Assembly (NCBI RefSeq): GCF_014857065.1
Contig: NZ_CP046533.1
Location: 540,001-572,000, forward strand
Direction: 5' to 3'
Length of the DNA stretch: 32,000 nt
Source: Candidatus Saccharimonadota bacterium
GTDB taxonomy: Bacteria; Pseudomonadota; Gammaproteobacteria; Enterobacterales; Enterobacteriaceae
The notes beneath the pieces were generated by a model. That model did no database searches and was not told the DNA's origin. It worked only from the letters and a program-made list of their open reading frames with translations. Both the position numbers and the translations under genes were made by a program. The first letter of the stretch is position 1. Each line of letters opens with the position of its first letter. Positions 18,163-29,473 of the stretch are shown piece after piece.

Positions 18163-19098
18163 TTATTTGCTGTTAATTATTAGTTCTCTTGCGATCTTTA
18201 TGCTTAAAATTTTTCTTTCTTTTATAAGTGCAGTACCTTCACTGCGTATAATTTTTTTTTTATTAGTTGAGTAAATTAATGCCCTTAACCATATGTAATT
18301 ATTATTTTTGATTTCAGCATAACTGGCAATTGATGATTTACAATTACTTTTTAGCAAAAAATTAACATTGCGTTCAGTTTCAATGCATAGAGAAGTTATT
18401 TGATGGTGCAATGGTTTTAATAATGCTAAAGTTTCATCATCTTTTAATCTATATTCGATTCCTAATGCTCCTTGTCCCATAGCAGGTAAAAAGTTAGCCG
18501 GATCGATTGACATACGGATATAATTATTTAATGATAAGCGTTTAAGTCCTGCTGTCGCTAGGATTAAGGCGTCGTAGTGGCCTTGATTTAATTTTTTTAA
18601 TCTGGAGTCAATATTTCCTCTTATATTTTTTATTTTTAAGTCTGGCCTATGTTCGTATAATTGACATTGACGTCGCAGACTTGAAGTACCTACTATTGCT
18701 CCATTTGGTAAATTTTCTAATTTGGAATATCGTAAACTAACAAAAGCGTCTCGTGGATCGTCTCGTTTACATATTACTGCTATACCAAGACCTTTAGGGA
18801 AAGAGATACTTACATCTTTCATTGAATGCACTGCAATATCAGCATGATGGTTAAGTAAAGCATATTCTAATTCTTTAATAAATAATCCTTTTCTGTTAAT
18901 GTTTTCTAATTCTTTATTTAATGCTAGATCCCCTATTGTGATTATTGGAATTAGCTTTATTTGTAAATTTGGGTGATAATGAAGCAATTTATTATATATA
19001 TAATTTGTCTGGCATAATGCAAGTGGACTATTGCGTGTAGCTATTTTTAGGGTTTTAAGATGCATATCGTTATTTATCTTTGTTTTTAAAAATTTCAT
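18163..19098 (-). CDS. hemC: Porphobilinogen deaminase HemC, duplicate copy
   Basis: The ORF-track protein is identical to 2278..3213. Confidence 0.93.
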   Translation of the reverse strand: MKFLKTKINNDMHLKTLKIATRNSPLALCQTNYIYNKLLHYHPNLQIKLIPIITIGDLALNKELENINRKGLFIKELEYALLNHHADIAVHSMKDVSISFPKGLGIAVICKRDDPRDAFVSLRYSKLENLPNGAIVGTSSLRRQCQLYEHRPDLKIKNIRGNIDSRLKKLNQGHYDALILATAGLKRLSLNNYIRMSIDPANFLPAMGQGALGIEYRLKDDETLALLKPLHHQITSLCIETERNVNFLLKSNCKSSIASYAEIKNNNYIWLRALIYSTNKKKIIRSEGTALIKERKILSIKIARELIINSK

Positions 19099-19840
19099 TA
19101 TGTTTATATTGTTTTTAATGAAGTATTAATTTTATTGATAGAATAACATTTTAATCATTTTTAGTTTACTTGTCTTTATATACAATTATTAAATTTTTTT
19201 ATTTATTTGAGTGAATTATGATAATTTTATTATATTGAATTTTAAATATATCATTAGTATTAATATAGATTTTGAAATTAATTAAATTTATTTATATAAA
19301 TTTTTATTAAATTATTAATTTTTATTTTTAAATTTTTGATAAAGTAATTTTATAAGTTAGTTTTTATTTGATTTTATAAAATTATTGTTTATTTAAGTAT
19401 CTATACATATAGATATAGTATATATTTTTTTTTTGAAATTATGATTAAATTTTTCTTTATTCCTGATGATTAAATTTAGTTATATTTTAAAATATTTATT
19501 AATTTTATATGTGTTTTTGTATAGTAAATATTTATGAAGTTTATTAATAATTTATTTATTTATTAATATGAAGATAATGATAGAGTTTTGTTTAGTATAT
19601 TTAATTTTAATATAATTAAAATTAAATATACTAATAATGGTATGATATTTTGATTTTTATAATTTTATTATAATTAATAATTTAGTAACTGTAATTGTAA
19701 ATATATTATGAGAATGTTATTTTTTTATTTTCCCATTGATTTTTAAATATAAATTTAATTTTACTAGTTGATAAATAGCTAATTTACGTAATATTTATTA
19801 TATTATTGTTATTTTAATTGTATTACTTATTGAGGTATCA

Positions 19841-20671
19841 ATGCGATTTTCTAAAATGCATGGATTGGGTAATGATTTTATGATTGTAGATGGAATAACA
19901 CAAAATATTGCATTTACGCGAAAAACAATCTGTCGTTTGTCTGATCGACGGTATGGAGTAGGTTTTGATCAATTATTATTAGTAGAGTTATCAGAGCGTT
20001 TCGGAATAGATTTTAATTATCGTATTTTTAATGCTAATGGTCAAGAAGTAAATCAGTGTGGTAATGGTGTTCGTTGTTTAGGTAGTTTTGTAAAAATTAA
20101 GAAATTAACTTATAAAAATATCGTTTATGTTAGTACTAGAACCAGATGCATGATGTTATCTTTTATTAGGGATGATTATATTAAAGTGAATATGGGGGAA
20201 CCTGATTTTTGTCCCGCCAGGGTTCCGTTTAAAGCTTGTAAAATAGAAAATAGTTATGTTTTATATGTTGCTGGGCAAGCTATGTTATGTGGTGTTGTTT
20301 CAATTGGCAATCCTCATTGCATTATTCTAGTGGATAATGCGGATATTGTTAACGTTACAGCTATTGGTGCTTTGTTGTCACAGAATCCTAGATTTCCTGA
20401 AGAGACTAATGTTGGTTTTATGCAGATTGTTAATTATAATCATATTCGTTTAAGAGTATATGAAAGAGGTGTTGGCGAAACACAGTCCTGTGGTAGTGGT
20501 GCATGTGCGGCTGTTGCTGTAGGTATTCAACGGGGGTTATTATCTGAACAAGTGAATGTAGATCTTTTAGGTGGAGCATTATTAATTAATTGGAAAGGGG
20601 TTGGACATGCTTTGTATATGACTGGATCAGCTACTCATGTTTATGATGGAGATATTAGTTTAAATTTTTAA
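19841..20671 (+). CDS. dapF: Diaminopimelate epimerase DapF, duplicate copy
   Basis: The ORF-track protein is identical to 3955..4785 (offset +15886). Confidence 0.95.
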   Translation: MRFSKMHGLGNDFMIVDGITQNIAFTRKTICRLSDRRYGVGFDQLLLVELSERFGIDFNYRIFNANGQEVNQCGNGVRCLGSFVKIKKLTYKNIVYVSTRTRCMMLSFIRDDYIKVNMGEPDFCPARVPFKACKIENSYVLYVAGQAMLCGVVSIGNPHCIILVDNADIVNVTAIGALLSQNPRFPEETNVGFMQIVNYNHIRLRVYERGVGETQSCGSGACAAVAVGIQRGLLSEQVNVDLLGGALLINWKGVGHALYMTGSATHVYDGDISLNF

Positions 20672-20830
20672 TATATAAACCGGTGATTTCTTATTTATCA
20701 TGTTATTTATTTTGTTAACAAAAATTTCTTAATTTAATTTTTATTTTGTTTTCTTCATTTAAGCGTGTGAAAAGTAATAATTTTTGGTTGTTAGTTATTT
20801 AGTTATATTTTGTTAATTTGGAGATTTATA

Positions 20831-21541
20831 TTGTTAATATTTCGTCGTTTATTAAGGCCTTTATATATATTAACTTTTAATTTAGACGATGTTTTATGAT
20901 AATCGTTCAGTTATTGCTAATGTGGAGATAAATTAATTTTATTTTACGACATCATTATGCTAATAGTAATAATTTAAGTATTAGGGAACATTGAAAGTTA
21001 CGTTGTATTTTACTTCAACATGAATCAAATTTTTATTATAATATTAATTATTGGCACTGGTAATTTATTAGTTTAGTTTTATAGATTTTTGGTTTAGTTT
21101 AAATGAAGCTTCTGTAGGTATCGATAGTTCAATGGAGATTTTTATTGATTGGCATAGTGAAATTAATATTATCTTATGAATACATATTCTATATTGAATA
21201 TTTTAATTTCTAGTTGTCATTAGTTGTTATTACTAATAGTAATGTTAATTTAGTTATGTATGGTTTAGATAAATATTTTAGTTATGCTTTTCGTGTCTGA
21301 ATTGATGATTGTGTAAAACCATATGAAGATATGTATTTTATGACGGTAAAATAATTAGGTATATTTTGCAGAATATTATGCATATAGGTAATGATGTAAT
21401 CATAGATATATAGAGCTATTAATTGGTGGGTTCAGGTTTCTTGTATGATGAATATGTTGAGAATTATCGTTTGGTTTTAATAAGAGTTATGTACCTCATT
21501 TAGATATTTCAAAATTGTTTTTTTTGACAGAATTGTTATAA
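20831..21541 (+). pseudogene. yigB: Degraded yigB, duplicate copy
   Basis: Same sequence as 4945..5655 at offset +15886, with the same disruptions. Confidence 0.8.
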
Positions 21542-21606
21542 TAAATAAAATTTTTATGTATATGATTTTCATTTTTTTTTGAATTAAACATTTTCTTAAT
21601 CTGCCC

Positions 21607-23574
21607 ATGGATATTGTAAGTTTGTTTAATAAACTGAATGATAAACAGCGTGAAGCTGTTGTTGCTAAAGACAGTCATGTACTGGTTTTAGCTGGTGCTG
21701 GTAGCGGAAAAACTCGAGTATTAACCCATCGTGTTATTTGGTTGAAAATGATAAAGAATTATTCTTCTTCTTCAATTATGGCAGTAACTTTTACTAATAA
21801 AGCATCATTGGAAATGAAGAGTCGTATAAACGCTTTAATTGGTGATTTTTCTAAAGGAATGTGGATAGGTACATTTCATGGTTTTGCTTATTGTTTATTG
21901 CGCTCTCATTATTTAGATTCGAATTTGCCTAAAAATTTTCAAATAATAGATAGGAATGATCAGATATGTTTATTAACGAAATCTATTCGTTATCTTGGTT
22001 TAGATGAAAAAAAATGGCAACCTAATAGTGCTGTATGTTTTATTAGCGATAAAAAAAATAAATCTTCTCTATTTCCTAATGTTGATGGACGATCAAGTAA
22101 ATCAGAAATTACTTGGTTGAATATCTATAAAGTTTATCAGAATATGTGTGATCGTGCTGGATTAGTAGATTTTGATGAACTTTTATGTCGTTTATATAAT
22201 TTGTTACTGAATAATCCAGCTATTTTAGCTTATTATCGAAATAAGTTTGTTAATATTTTAGTGGATGAGTTTCAAGATACTAATAAAATGCAATATAATT
22301 GTTTGTATTTGTTATTAGGTGAAAAAAGCAATGTTATGATTGTTGGTGATGATGATCAATCAATTTATAGTTGGCGTGGCGCTCAGGTTGATAATATTTA
22401 TAGATTTATTAGTGATTTTTCATCAACACGTATTATTCGTCTAGAACAAAATTATCGCTCTACTAATAACATTTTACAAACAGCTAATACTTTAATTTCC
22501 TATAATCAAAATCGTATTGCTAAGAAGTTATGGAGCACAGAAGGCAAAGGGAAGACTGTTTCTTTATATAGAGCAGTGAATGAATTAGATGAAGCATATT
22601 TTGTAATTAATTGTATAAAAGCTTGGCAACAAAAAGGAGGTTTATTGAATAATTGTGCCATTTTGTATCGTAGTAATATTCAATCTCTTGTTTTAGAGAG
22701 AGTATTGTTACATAGTAAGATTCCGTATAAGATATGGGGTGGTAGTATCAGGTTTTTTGAACGTCAAGAAATTAAAAATATGTTCGCGTACCTTCGTTTA
22801 ATTATTAATAAAAGTGATGATGTTGCATATGAAAGAATTCTTAATGTTCCACCTAGAGGTATAGGAAAGCGTACGTTAGATTTAGTAAGAAATATATCTA
22901 TTACTGATCAGTTGACTTTATGGGAAAGCACTAAGAATTTATTAAATAATACTAAATTAAAAACAAGAATTTTTAGAGTATTACAGGATTTTATTACTTT
23001 AATTAATTTTTTATCTGAAGAAATTGAACAGTTATCATTATTTGATCAAATAGATTTAGTAATAAAAGAAACTGGTTTGTTTTGTTTTTACAAGCAAATG
23101 CAAGGTTCTAAGTCTACGTTATGTATTGAGAGCTTTAAAGAAATCTTAGATGCTGCTCATCGTTTTGATCAAAATTATGAAAATAGAAGTGATAATATAT
23201 CTGTTTTGCGTGATTTTGTTTCATATTATTTGTTAGAAAATGATAAAGATTATCGTAGTTCTGAATTATTTTCTGATCTTGATTCTGTTAATTTAATGAC
23301 TTTACATGCTTCTAAAGGATTAGAATTTTCTCAGGTATTTATTGTTGGTATGGAGGAAGGTATTTTTCCTAGTCAAATGTCTTTATTAGGAGAAAAGCAA
23401 GTAGAAGAAGAACGTAGATTAGCTTATGTAGGTATTACCCGTGCGATGCATAGTTTAACTATTAGTTATGCTGAAAATCGTTTTATATATGGCAAAGCTA
23501 TTATATGTAAAGTTTCCCGTTTTATTAATGAATTACCTAAAGAATGCATAAGTAATGTTTTTTTTTCAAATTGA
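21607..23574 (+). CDS. uvrD: DNA helicase II UvrD, duplicate copy
   Basis: The ORF-track protein is identical to 5721..7688. Confidence 0.93.
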   Translation: MDIVSLFNKLNDKQREAVVAKDSHVLVLAGAGSGKTRVLTHRVIWLKMIKNYSSSSIMAVTFTNKASLEMKSRINALIGDFSKGMWIGTFHGFAYCLLRSHYLDSNLPKNFQIIDRNDQICLLTKSIRYLGLDEKKWQPNSAVCFISDKKNKSSLFPNVDGRSSKSEITWLNIYKVYQNMCDRAGLVDFDELLCRLYNLLLNNPAILAYYRNKFVNILVDEFQDTNKMQYNCLYLLLGEKSNVMIVGDDDQSIYSWRGAQVDNIYRFISDFSSTRIIRLEQNYRSTNNILQTANTLISYNQNRIAKKLWSTEGKGKTVSLYRAVNELDEAYFVINCIKAWQQKGGLLNNCAILYRSNIQSLVLERVLLHSKIPYKIWGGSIRFFERQEIKNMFAYLRLIINKSDDVAYERILNVPPRGIGKRTLDLVRNISITDQLTLWESTKNLLNNTKLKTRIFRVLQDFITLINFLSEEIEQLSLFDQIDLVIKETGLFCFYKQMQGSKSTLCIESFKEILDAAHRFDQNYENRSDNISVLRDFVSYYLLENDKDYRSSELFSDLDSVNLMTLHASKGLEFSQVFIVGMEEGIFPSQMSLLGEKQVEEERRLAYVGITRAMHSLTISYAENRFIYGKAIICKVSRFINELPKECISNVFFSN

Positions 23575-24052
23575 TTTCAGGAGATTAGATTGATATTATT
23601 TTATTACTGTTTTGTAACGTGATTTTAAAGATTATGTATTTTGATTAATAAATATATTTTATCTTAATTTTATAAATAAAATATGATAGACTGCCATTTT
23701 GATATATAAGTAGTTGTTGTTTTGTAGTGATTTTTTATTATGTTATAGTTTCAATTGTAATTGTAGGTTCGTTTTTTATTGTTGATTTGCTTTGTTTTTG
23801 TTATATTTTCCTGATTTATTTTAATGTATATTATTAATTTTATGTTAAATGTGTGTATATATTCCATTATATTGTGGTGTTGTTTTGGAAATTATGTCAT
23901 TAAATATGTCGGTGTGGTGATTTCAAATTTAATTTTGTATTTGAGCGATATTTATTTAATATTGTCGAATGTTTTGTTGCTAGTTCTTATTTTAATTTCA
24001 GCAGTTTGATATATGATATGTTTTAGTTTTAATCACCAAGGAAATAGTGGTT

Positions 24053-25000
24053 ATGCTTAGCGCTTTTAAATTGGAGAATAATCAATTAGTTAAGATTAAT
24101 TTGGAAAAATCTTTTGCTTTGCGTGAAGCGATATGGATTGATTTAATTGAACCTACCAAAGATGAATTTAATCGCATACAAATAGAGTTAGGTGATAGTT
24201 TTATAAAATGTTTTGATTCTAAGGGAAATATTGGTAATAGTAAATTTTTAAAAAGCAAAAAAGATTTATATATTTGTTCTGTATTTTTTTACAATGAGAT
24301 ATATCATCAAACGGATGGTATTGTTGTTTCGTTTATAATTTGTGATGGGAAATTATATAGTGTACGTGAACAAGAAATATCTGTTTTTCGTTTTTATCAA
24401 ACGGATGTTGATAATACAGAACTTTTTATTGATGATAATGGTGCATATACAATTTTATTAGATTTATTTGAGTTAAAAATAGATCATTTGGCAAATAAAA
24501 TAGAGAATGTTTATAGTGATTTAGAAGTATTGGGTGTCTTGATTATGAATGGGAAAGAAATAGATAAATACAGTTCAATATTTTCTACTTTAGCAAGTTT
24601 AGAACAAGTTTGTTGGAAATTGCGTAGATGTTTATTAGATACTCAACGTTCTGTTGATTTTTTGATTCGTAAGGCAAAAATTTCTATCAATCAAATAAGT
24701 CAGGCAAAGAAAGTTTTAAGTATTATAGATTATTTATTAGTTCATACTGAAACAGTATTACAAAAAGTTAATTTTTTGATACAAATAGCAATGGGGTTCA
24801 TTAATATTGAACAAAATCGTGTTCTTAGATTTTTTTCTGTAGTTTTTTTACCACCTACATTAGTTGCTTCTAGCTATGGTATGAATTTTGAATTTATGCC
24901 GGAGTTAAAATGGTCTTTTGGATATCCCATAGCTATTATCTTAATGATTTTAACTGGTTTAGCTCCTTATCTTTATTTTAAGCATAAAAATTGGTTATAA
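24053..25000 (+). CDS. corA: Magnesium/cobalt transporter CorA, duplicate copy
   Basis: The ORF-track protein is identical to the copy-1 corA ORF. Confidence 0.93.
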   Translation: MLSAFKLENNQLVKINLEKSFALREAIWIDLIEPTKDEFNRIQIELGDSFIKCFDSKGNIGNSKFLKSKKDLYICSVFFYNEIYHQTDGIVVSFIICDGKLYSVREQEISVFRFYQTDVDNTELFIDDNGAYTILLDLFELKIDHLANKIENVYSDLEVLGVLIMNGKEIDKYSSIFSTLASLEQVCWKLRRCLLDTQRSVDFLIRKAKISINQISQAKKVLSIIDYLLVHTETVLQKVNFLIQIAMGFINIEQNRVLRFFSVVFLPPTLVASSYGMNFEFMPELKWSFGYPIAIILMILTGLAPYLYFKHKNWL

Positions 25001-25628
25001 TTTTGTTTATTATTCAGTGTTGATATTTTATTTTTATATTTTCATGTATTGTATATTATGTATTTAAATTTTATAGAATTAATATTTTAGAATCGATATT
25101 TTGATGATTACATATACTGTTTTTTATTTCAGATATATTTAAATTTCAATCATAAGTTATGTAATAAAATAATTATTGTTAAATTTTGTTATATGAATAT
25201 TTATTTTTTTTGATTTGTATTTTTGTATTATTTATGTTAACGGCTACTTGATGTAGTTATTTAGACTTTTGTATTTCTTTACTAAGATAGCTTTTAATTG
25301 CTATATATATATTTTATGTTAAGAATTGTTTCTAACAAAATAGGTTTTTCTAAAGTTTTAAATAGTAAAAACTATGATATATATATTTATATATTCGAGG
25401 AAAGGTTATTTTCTTTAATATATATTTATTAGTTAATTTATAATTATAGATCAAATATTTTTAAATGATATTATAATAGATATGGCGGAAAATTAGGATA
25501 AATCTAAATGAATGTTTAAATTTATTATTGTATATTTAATTATAAATCATTACTACTAAACTTAGTTATGTATTTTATAATAAGATTATAATTGTTTATT
25601 TAATTGAATATTAGAGGTTTGGTGTTTT

Positions 25629-26447
25629 ATGTTTCATATTGTTGCATCTGATTTGGATGGTACTTTATTATCTTCTGATCATAAAGTCGGTTGTTTTACT
25701 AAACAAATCTTACAGTCCCTTATTACCCAGGGTATACATTTTGTTTTTGCTACTGGTCGTCACCATGTCAATGTCATTAAGATACGTGATTATTTAAATA
25801 TTTCTGCTTATATGATTACTTCCAATGGTGCTAGAGTATATGACAATAGTAATGAGTTAATTTTTTCTCATAATTTGAATGAAAACATAGCTTTGGAATT
25901 GTTTGATTTAGTGTATAATGATCCAAAAATTGTTACTAACATATTTCGTAATGATGAATGGTATATAAATCGTAACGTTCATCTAGATAAAGAAAATTAT
26001 CTTAGTGGTTTTTCTTTTCATGCTAAATTATACCAACAAAATATGTTACCTGCTGATGGCATTTGTAAAGTTTATTTTACTAGTGATGACTATCAACATC
26101 TATTAAATTTGGAACGATTTTTGAATGTGCGTTGGGGGGATTGTATTAATGTTAGTTTTTCTTTACCTATGTGTCTTGAAGTTATGCCTGGTGGTGTTTC
26201 CAAGGGTTATGCCTTACATGAAGTTGCTAACTTATTAGGTTATGATTTGCAAGATTGTATTTCTTTTGGGGATGGTATGAATGATCAAGAGATGTTATCA
26301 ATGGTTGGTAAAGGTTGTATTATGCGTAATGCTCAACAACGACTAAAAGATAGTCTTCCTTGGTTAGAAATTATTGGTAGTAATGAAGAAGAAGCTGTTT
26401 CTCATTATTTACGAGAAATGTATCTGATAAAAACTGATTTTTTATGA
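25629..26447 (+). CDS. yigL: Cof-type HAD phosphatase YigL, duplicate copy
   Basis: The ORF-track protein is identical to 9743..10561. Confidence 0.9.
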   Translation: MFHIVASDLDGTLLSSDHKVGCFTKQILQSLITQGIHFVFATGRHHVNVIKIRDYLNISAYMITSNGARVYDNSNELIFSHNLNENIALELFDLVYNDPKIVTNIFRNDEWYINRNVHLDKENYLSGFSFHAKLYQQNMLPADGICKVYFTSDDYQHLLNLERFLNVRWGDCINVSFSLPMCLEVMPGGVSKGYALHEVANLLGYDLQDCISFGDGMNDQEMLSMVGKGCIMRNAQQRLKDSLPWLEIIGSNEEEAVSHYLREMYLIKTDFL

Positions 26448-26755
26448 ATAATGATTATTATATAGAATAAAATTTTTATAATTTCAAATAATTAATTCTT
26501 GATGTTGTTGCGATTTTGATATTTTTGTTATTTTATTTTTGTTATGGATAAGAATGATTTAATAAAATTTAAAGTAAATTATATATTTATCTTAAATTTT
26601 GTTTAGTTAAGTATATCAATTATTATAATAGTTAAAGTTTATTTTTGGGTAAAATGCTTATTGAAATCGCGTAAGTTGTACGATATGTTACTGTTTAAAT
26701 ATAATTTTTCAATTTTATTTTAATAAGTAATATATCGTACTTTAGCGTTGATAGT

Positions 26756-27349
26756 TTATGTGCGAAGGTAGTCTTTTATGCCATCCAGTAACATTTGAGT
26801 AGAAATCATAATTAATAATAACCCCATTAAACGTTCTAGAGCGTTTATTCCTTTGTTTCCTAATAGACGAGAAAATACATTTGATAGCATTAAAATTAAT
26901 ATAGATAACCCCCAAGCAATTAGTAGTGATAGTATTAGAAAATCAATTTTATGAGGATATTGATGTGATAACAGTAATAATGTAGCTAAAATTGATGGCC
27001 CCGCAACTAAAGGAATGGCTAATGGTACTAGGAATGGTTCTTCATCTATTTGTAATCCTGAATTGTTGTTTTCTTGTGATGGAAAGATCATTTTAATTGC
27101 TATTAAAAATAAAATAATTCCACCTGCAATAGATACCGTTTCTGTATGTAAATTAAGGAATATAAGTATATGTTCGCCGACAAACAAAAATATTAACATT
27201 AATAGTAAAGCTATTAGCATTTCTCTAATTACAATTATTTGTCTTCTTTTTGGTTCTAAATGTTTTAGAATTGACATGAAGATTGGTAGATTTCCAATCG
27301 GATCCATAATTAAAAATAGTAGTATAGTAGCTGATATCATTTCATTCAT
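26756..27349 (-). CDS. yhgN: MarC-family membrane protein YhgN, duplicate copy
   Basis: The ORF-track protein is identical to 10870..11463. Confidence 0.9.
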   Translation of the reverse strand: MNEMISATILLFLIMDPIGNLPIFMSILKHLEPKRRQIIVIREMLIALLLMLIFLFVGEHILIFLNLHTETVSIAGGIILFLIAIKMIFPSQENNNSGLQIDEEPFLVPLAIPLVAGPSILATLLLLSHQYPHKIDFLILSLLIAWGLSILILMLSNVFSRLLGNKGINALERLMGLLLIMISTQMLLDGIKDYLRT

Positions 27350-27557
27350 TAGTATATAAATCTCCTTAAGTTTTATTAATTGAAATTAATTGTTGTTTTG
27401 TTCATTTACGAATTAATTTTTATTTTTTTATGTTCTTATTTTAAATTTATTGTTTCATATTATTAGTGTAATATATAGTATATTCGTAAATTAGATGTAA
27501 TTGCAGCATATAAATTTTGTTTATTTAGTAAGTTATTTGATGCAAAAGGAAGAATAT

Positions 27558-28661
27558 ATGAAAAATGTTGGGTTTATAGGTTGGCGAGGGATGGTTGGAT
27601 CAGTGCTTATGAAACGTATGCTTGAAGAAAATAATTTTAATAATATTTCTTCTGTTTTTTTTTCGACTTCTCAATATGGCAAAACTGTTTCTAATATGAA
27701 TGATCGTTTTGGTATTATACAAAACGCTTGGGATTTAGATATTCTTAGTTCCTTGGATATTATTGTCACATGTCAAGGTAGTGATTATACAAATGAAATT
27801 TATCCAAAATTAAGAAATATTGGTTGGCAAGGTTATTGGATAGATAGTGCATCTTCATTAAGAATGCTTGAAGATGTTATTATTGTCCTTGATCCCATTA
27901 ATCAACATTTGATAAATCAAGGTCTAGATAGAGGTATTAAAACTTTTGTAGGTGGTAATTGTACTGTTAGTTTAATGTTGATGTCTTTAGGTGGTTTATT
28001 TGTTTCTAATTTAGTTGAATGGATTTCAGTATCTACCTATCAGGCTGTTTCTGGTGCTGGCGCTAAATTTGTACGTGAATTATTAATGCAAATAGGTGAT
28101 ATACATAACTCAATAAGTGATTTATTGCTAAATTCTGATATATCTATTTTAGAAATTGAAGGCCTTGTAACTAAATTGTTAAATGATAATTTAATATTAA
28201 ATAATTATGATAGTGTGCCTTTAGCATGTAATTTAGTGCCATGGATTGATAGGTTATTAGATAATGGTCAAACCAGAGAAGAATGGAAGAGTCAAGTTGA
28301 GACTAATAAAATACTAGGCCTTAAGGAAGTAGTTCCAATTGATGGTTTATGCGTGCGCATTAGTTCTTTACGTTGTCATAGTCAATCTTTTGTTATAAAG
28401 TTAAAAGAAAATGTTTCTTTAAAAGAAATTGAATTTTTGCTTGCAGCACATAATGAGTGGGTAGTTGTGGTACCAAATGATTATAGTTGCTCATTACATC
28501 AACTTACACCAGCAGTTGTTACTGGTACTTTGAATATTCCAATTGGTAGATTACGCAAATTAAATATGGGTCCACGTTATCTTTCAGCTTTTACTGTAGG
28601 TGATCAGTTGTTATGGGGAGCTGCTGAGCCATTGCGAAGAATGTTATGTAAGTTAATTTAA
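27558..28661 (+). CDS. asd: Aspartate-semialdehyde dehydrogenase Asd, duplicate copy
   Basis: The ORF-track protein is identical to the copy-1 asd ORF. The ATG giving MKNVGF is at 27558. Confidence 0.95.
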   Translation: MKNVGFIGWRGMVGSVLMKRMLEENNFNNISSVFFSTSQYGKTVSNMNDRFGIIQNAWDLDILSSLDIIVTCQGSDYTNEIYPKLRNIGWQGYWIDSASSLRMLEDVIIVLDPINQHLINQGLDRGIKTFVGGNCTVSLMLMSLGGLFVSNLVEWISVSTYQAVSGAGAKFVRELLMQIGDIHNSISDLLLNSDISILEIEGLVTKLLNDNLILNNYDSVPLACNLVPWIDRLLDNGQTREEWKSQVETNKILGLKEVVPIDGLCVRISSLRCHSQSFVIKLKENVSLKEIEFLLAAHNEWVVVVPNDYSCSLHQLTPAVVTGTLNIPIGRLRKLNMGPRYLSAFTVGDQLLWGAAEPLRRMLCKLI

Positions 28662-28897
28662 TTTAATTGTTGTTTTGTGTAGTGTGTATTTTATTTGTTT
28701 TATGTTTTATATTAAGATAGGATTTGAAATTATCAGAGATAATATATATTATTTTTCGTAATTTTTGTTTTACTGTTTAGAATAACTATTGGAAAAGTAT
28801 CAGATTTCTTTATAATATACTTCGTGGATTAAGTATATTTAATTTCCACATGTTATATTTTTAAGGAATTTTTAATTTTTTTTCCTGTTTTCACATT

Positions 28898-29473
28898 TTA
28901 ATAAAAAGAATGTTTTCCGTGTTGATGTTCAGTCAGATCACAGATTTTTTTTAGTTCTGGAAATTTTTGTAGTAATTCCTTTTCAATACTTTCTTTTAAA
29001 GTAAGATTTACCATAGAGCAACCATTACAACCGCCACTAAATTGGATAATTGCTGACATATCTTTTGTTATTTCTATGAGTTTTACAGATCCTCCGTGTT
29101 GCGCAAGTACTGGATTAATTTTTGATTGTAAAATATATTCAATTTTTTTATCAAGTGGTGCATCATCATTAGGTTGACACATTCTGGCATTTGGCGCTTT
29201 AATTGTTAGTTGAGATTCTGTTTGGTTAAAAATTAAATCAATTTCAGTATCTTTTAAATAAGGTAGATTAGTTTTGTTTATATATACTGAAAATGATTTG
29301 AATCTAATTTTTATATCTGAAGGATTAATATTTTCAGCAAAGCAATAAGATATACCACATTCTGCATTATATGTTCCAGGTTCTATGACAAATATGCGTA
29401 TTTGGGTTCCGGGTTTTTGTTGTGATAATAATTTTGTTAAGTGTTCTTGAGCAATATTAGTAATATCTATCAT
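28898..29473 (-). CDS. nfuA: Fe/S biogenesis protein NfuA
   Basis: 191 aa: MIDITNIAQEHLTKLL..GTQIRIFVIEPGTYNAECGISYC..LTIKAPNARM..GGCNGCSMVNLTLKESIEKELL..DLTEHQHGKHSFY. Collinear with E. coli NfuA (YhgI). Confidence 0.93.
   Translation of the reverse strand: MIDITNIAQEHLTKLLSQQKPGTQIRIFVIEPGTYNAECGISYCFAENINPSDIKIRFKSFSVYINKTNLPYLKDTEIDLIFNQTESQLTIKAPNARMCQPNDDAPLDKKIEYILQSKINPVLAQHGGSVKLIEITKDMSAIIQFSGGCNGCSMVNLTLKESIEKELLQKFPELKKICDLTEHQHGKHSFY

Larger units (their letters stand above)
15886..28842. repeat. Copy 2 of the large near-identical direct repeat. It matches 1..12956. The start coordinate is set only by the window edge of copy 1.
   Basis: Same as copy 1. The one difference found is T5 at 19514..19518 versus T4 at 3629..3632. 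Confidence 0.95.

Noticed and set aside
1-28842. The large repeat read as a plasmid or circular-contig wrap-around, a CRISPR-like array, or an IS-bounded composite transposon
   Set aside because: Copy 2 continues into unique, syntenic chromosomal sequence (nfuA-aroK-aroB), so this is not a simple circular overlap. The repeat unit is about 15.9 kb of housekeeping genes, which is not a CRISPR array. No transposase, integrase or terminal inverted repeats are present at the visible boundary.
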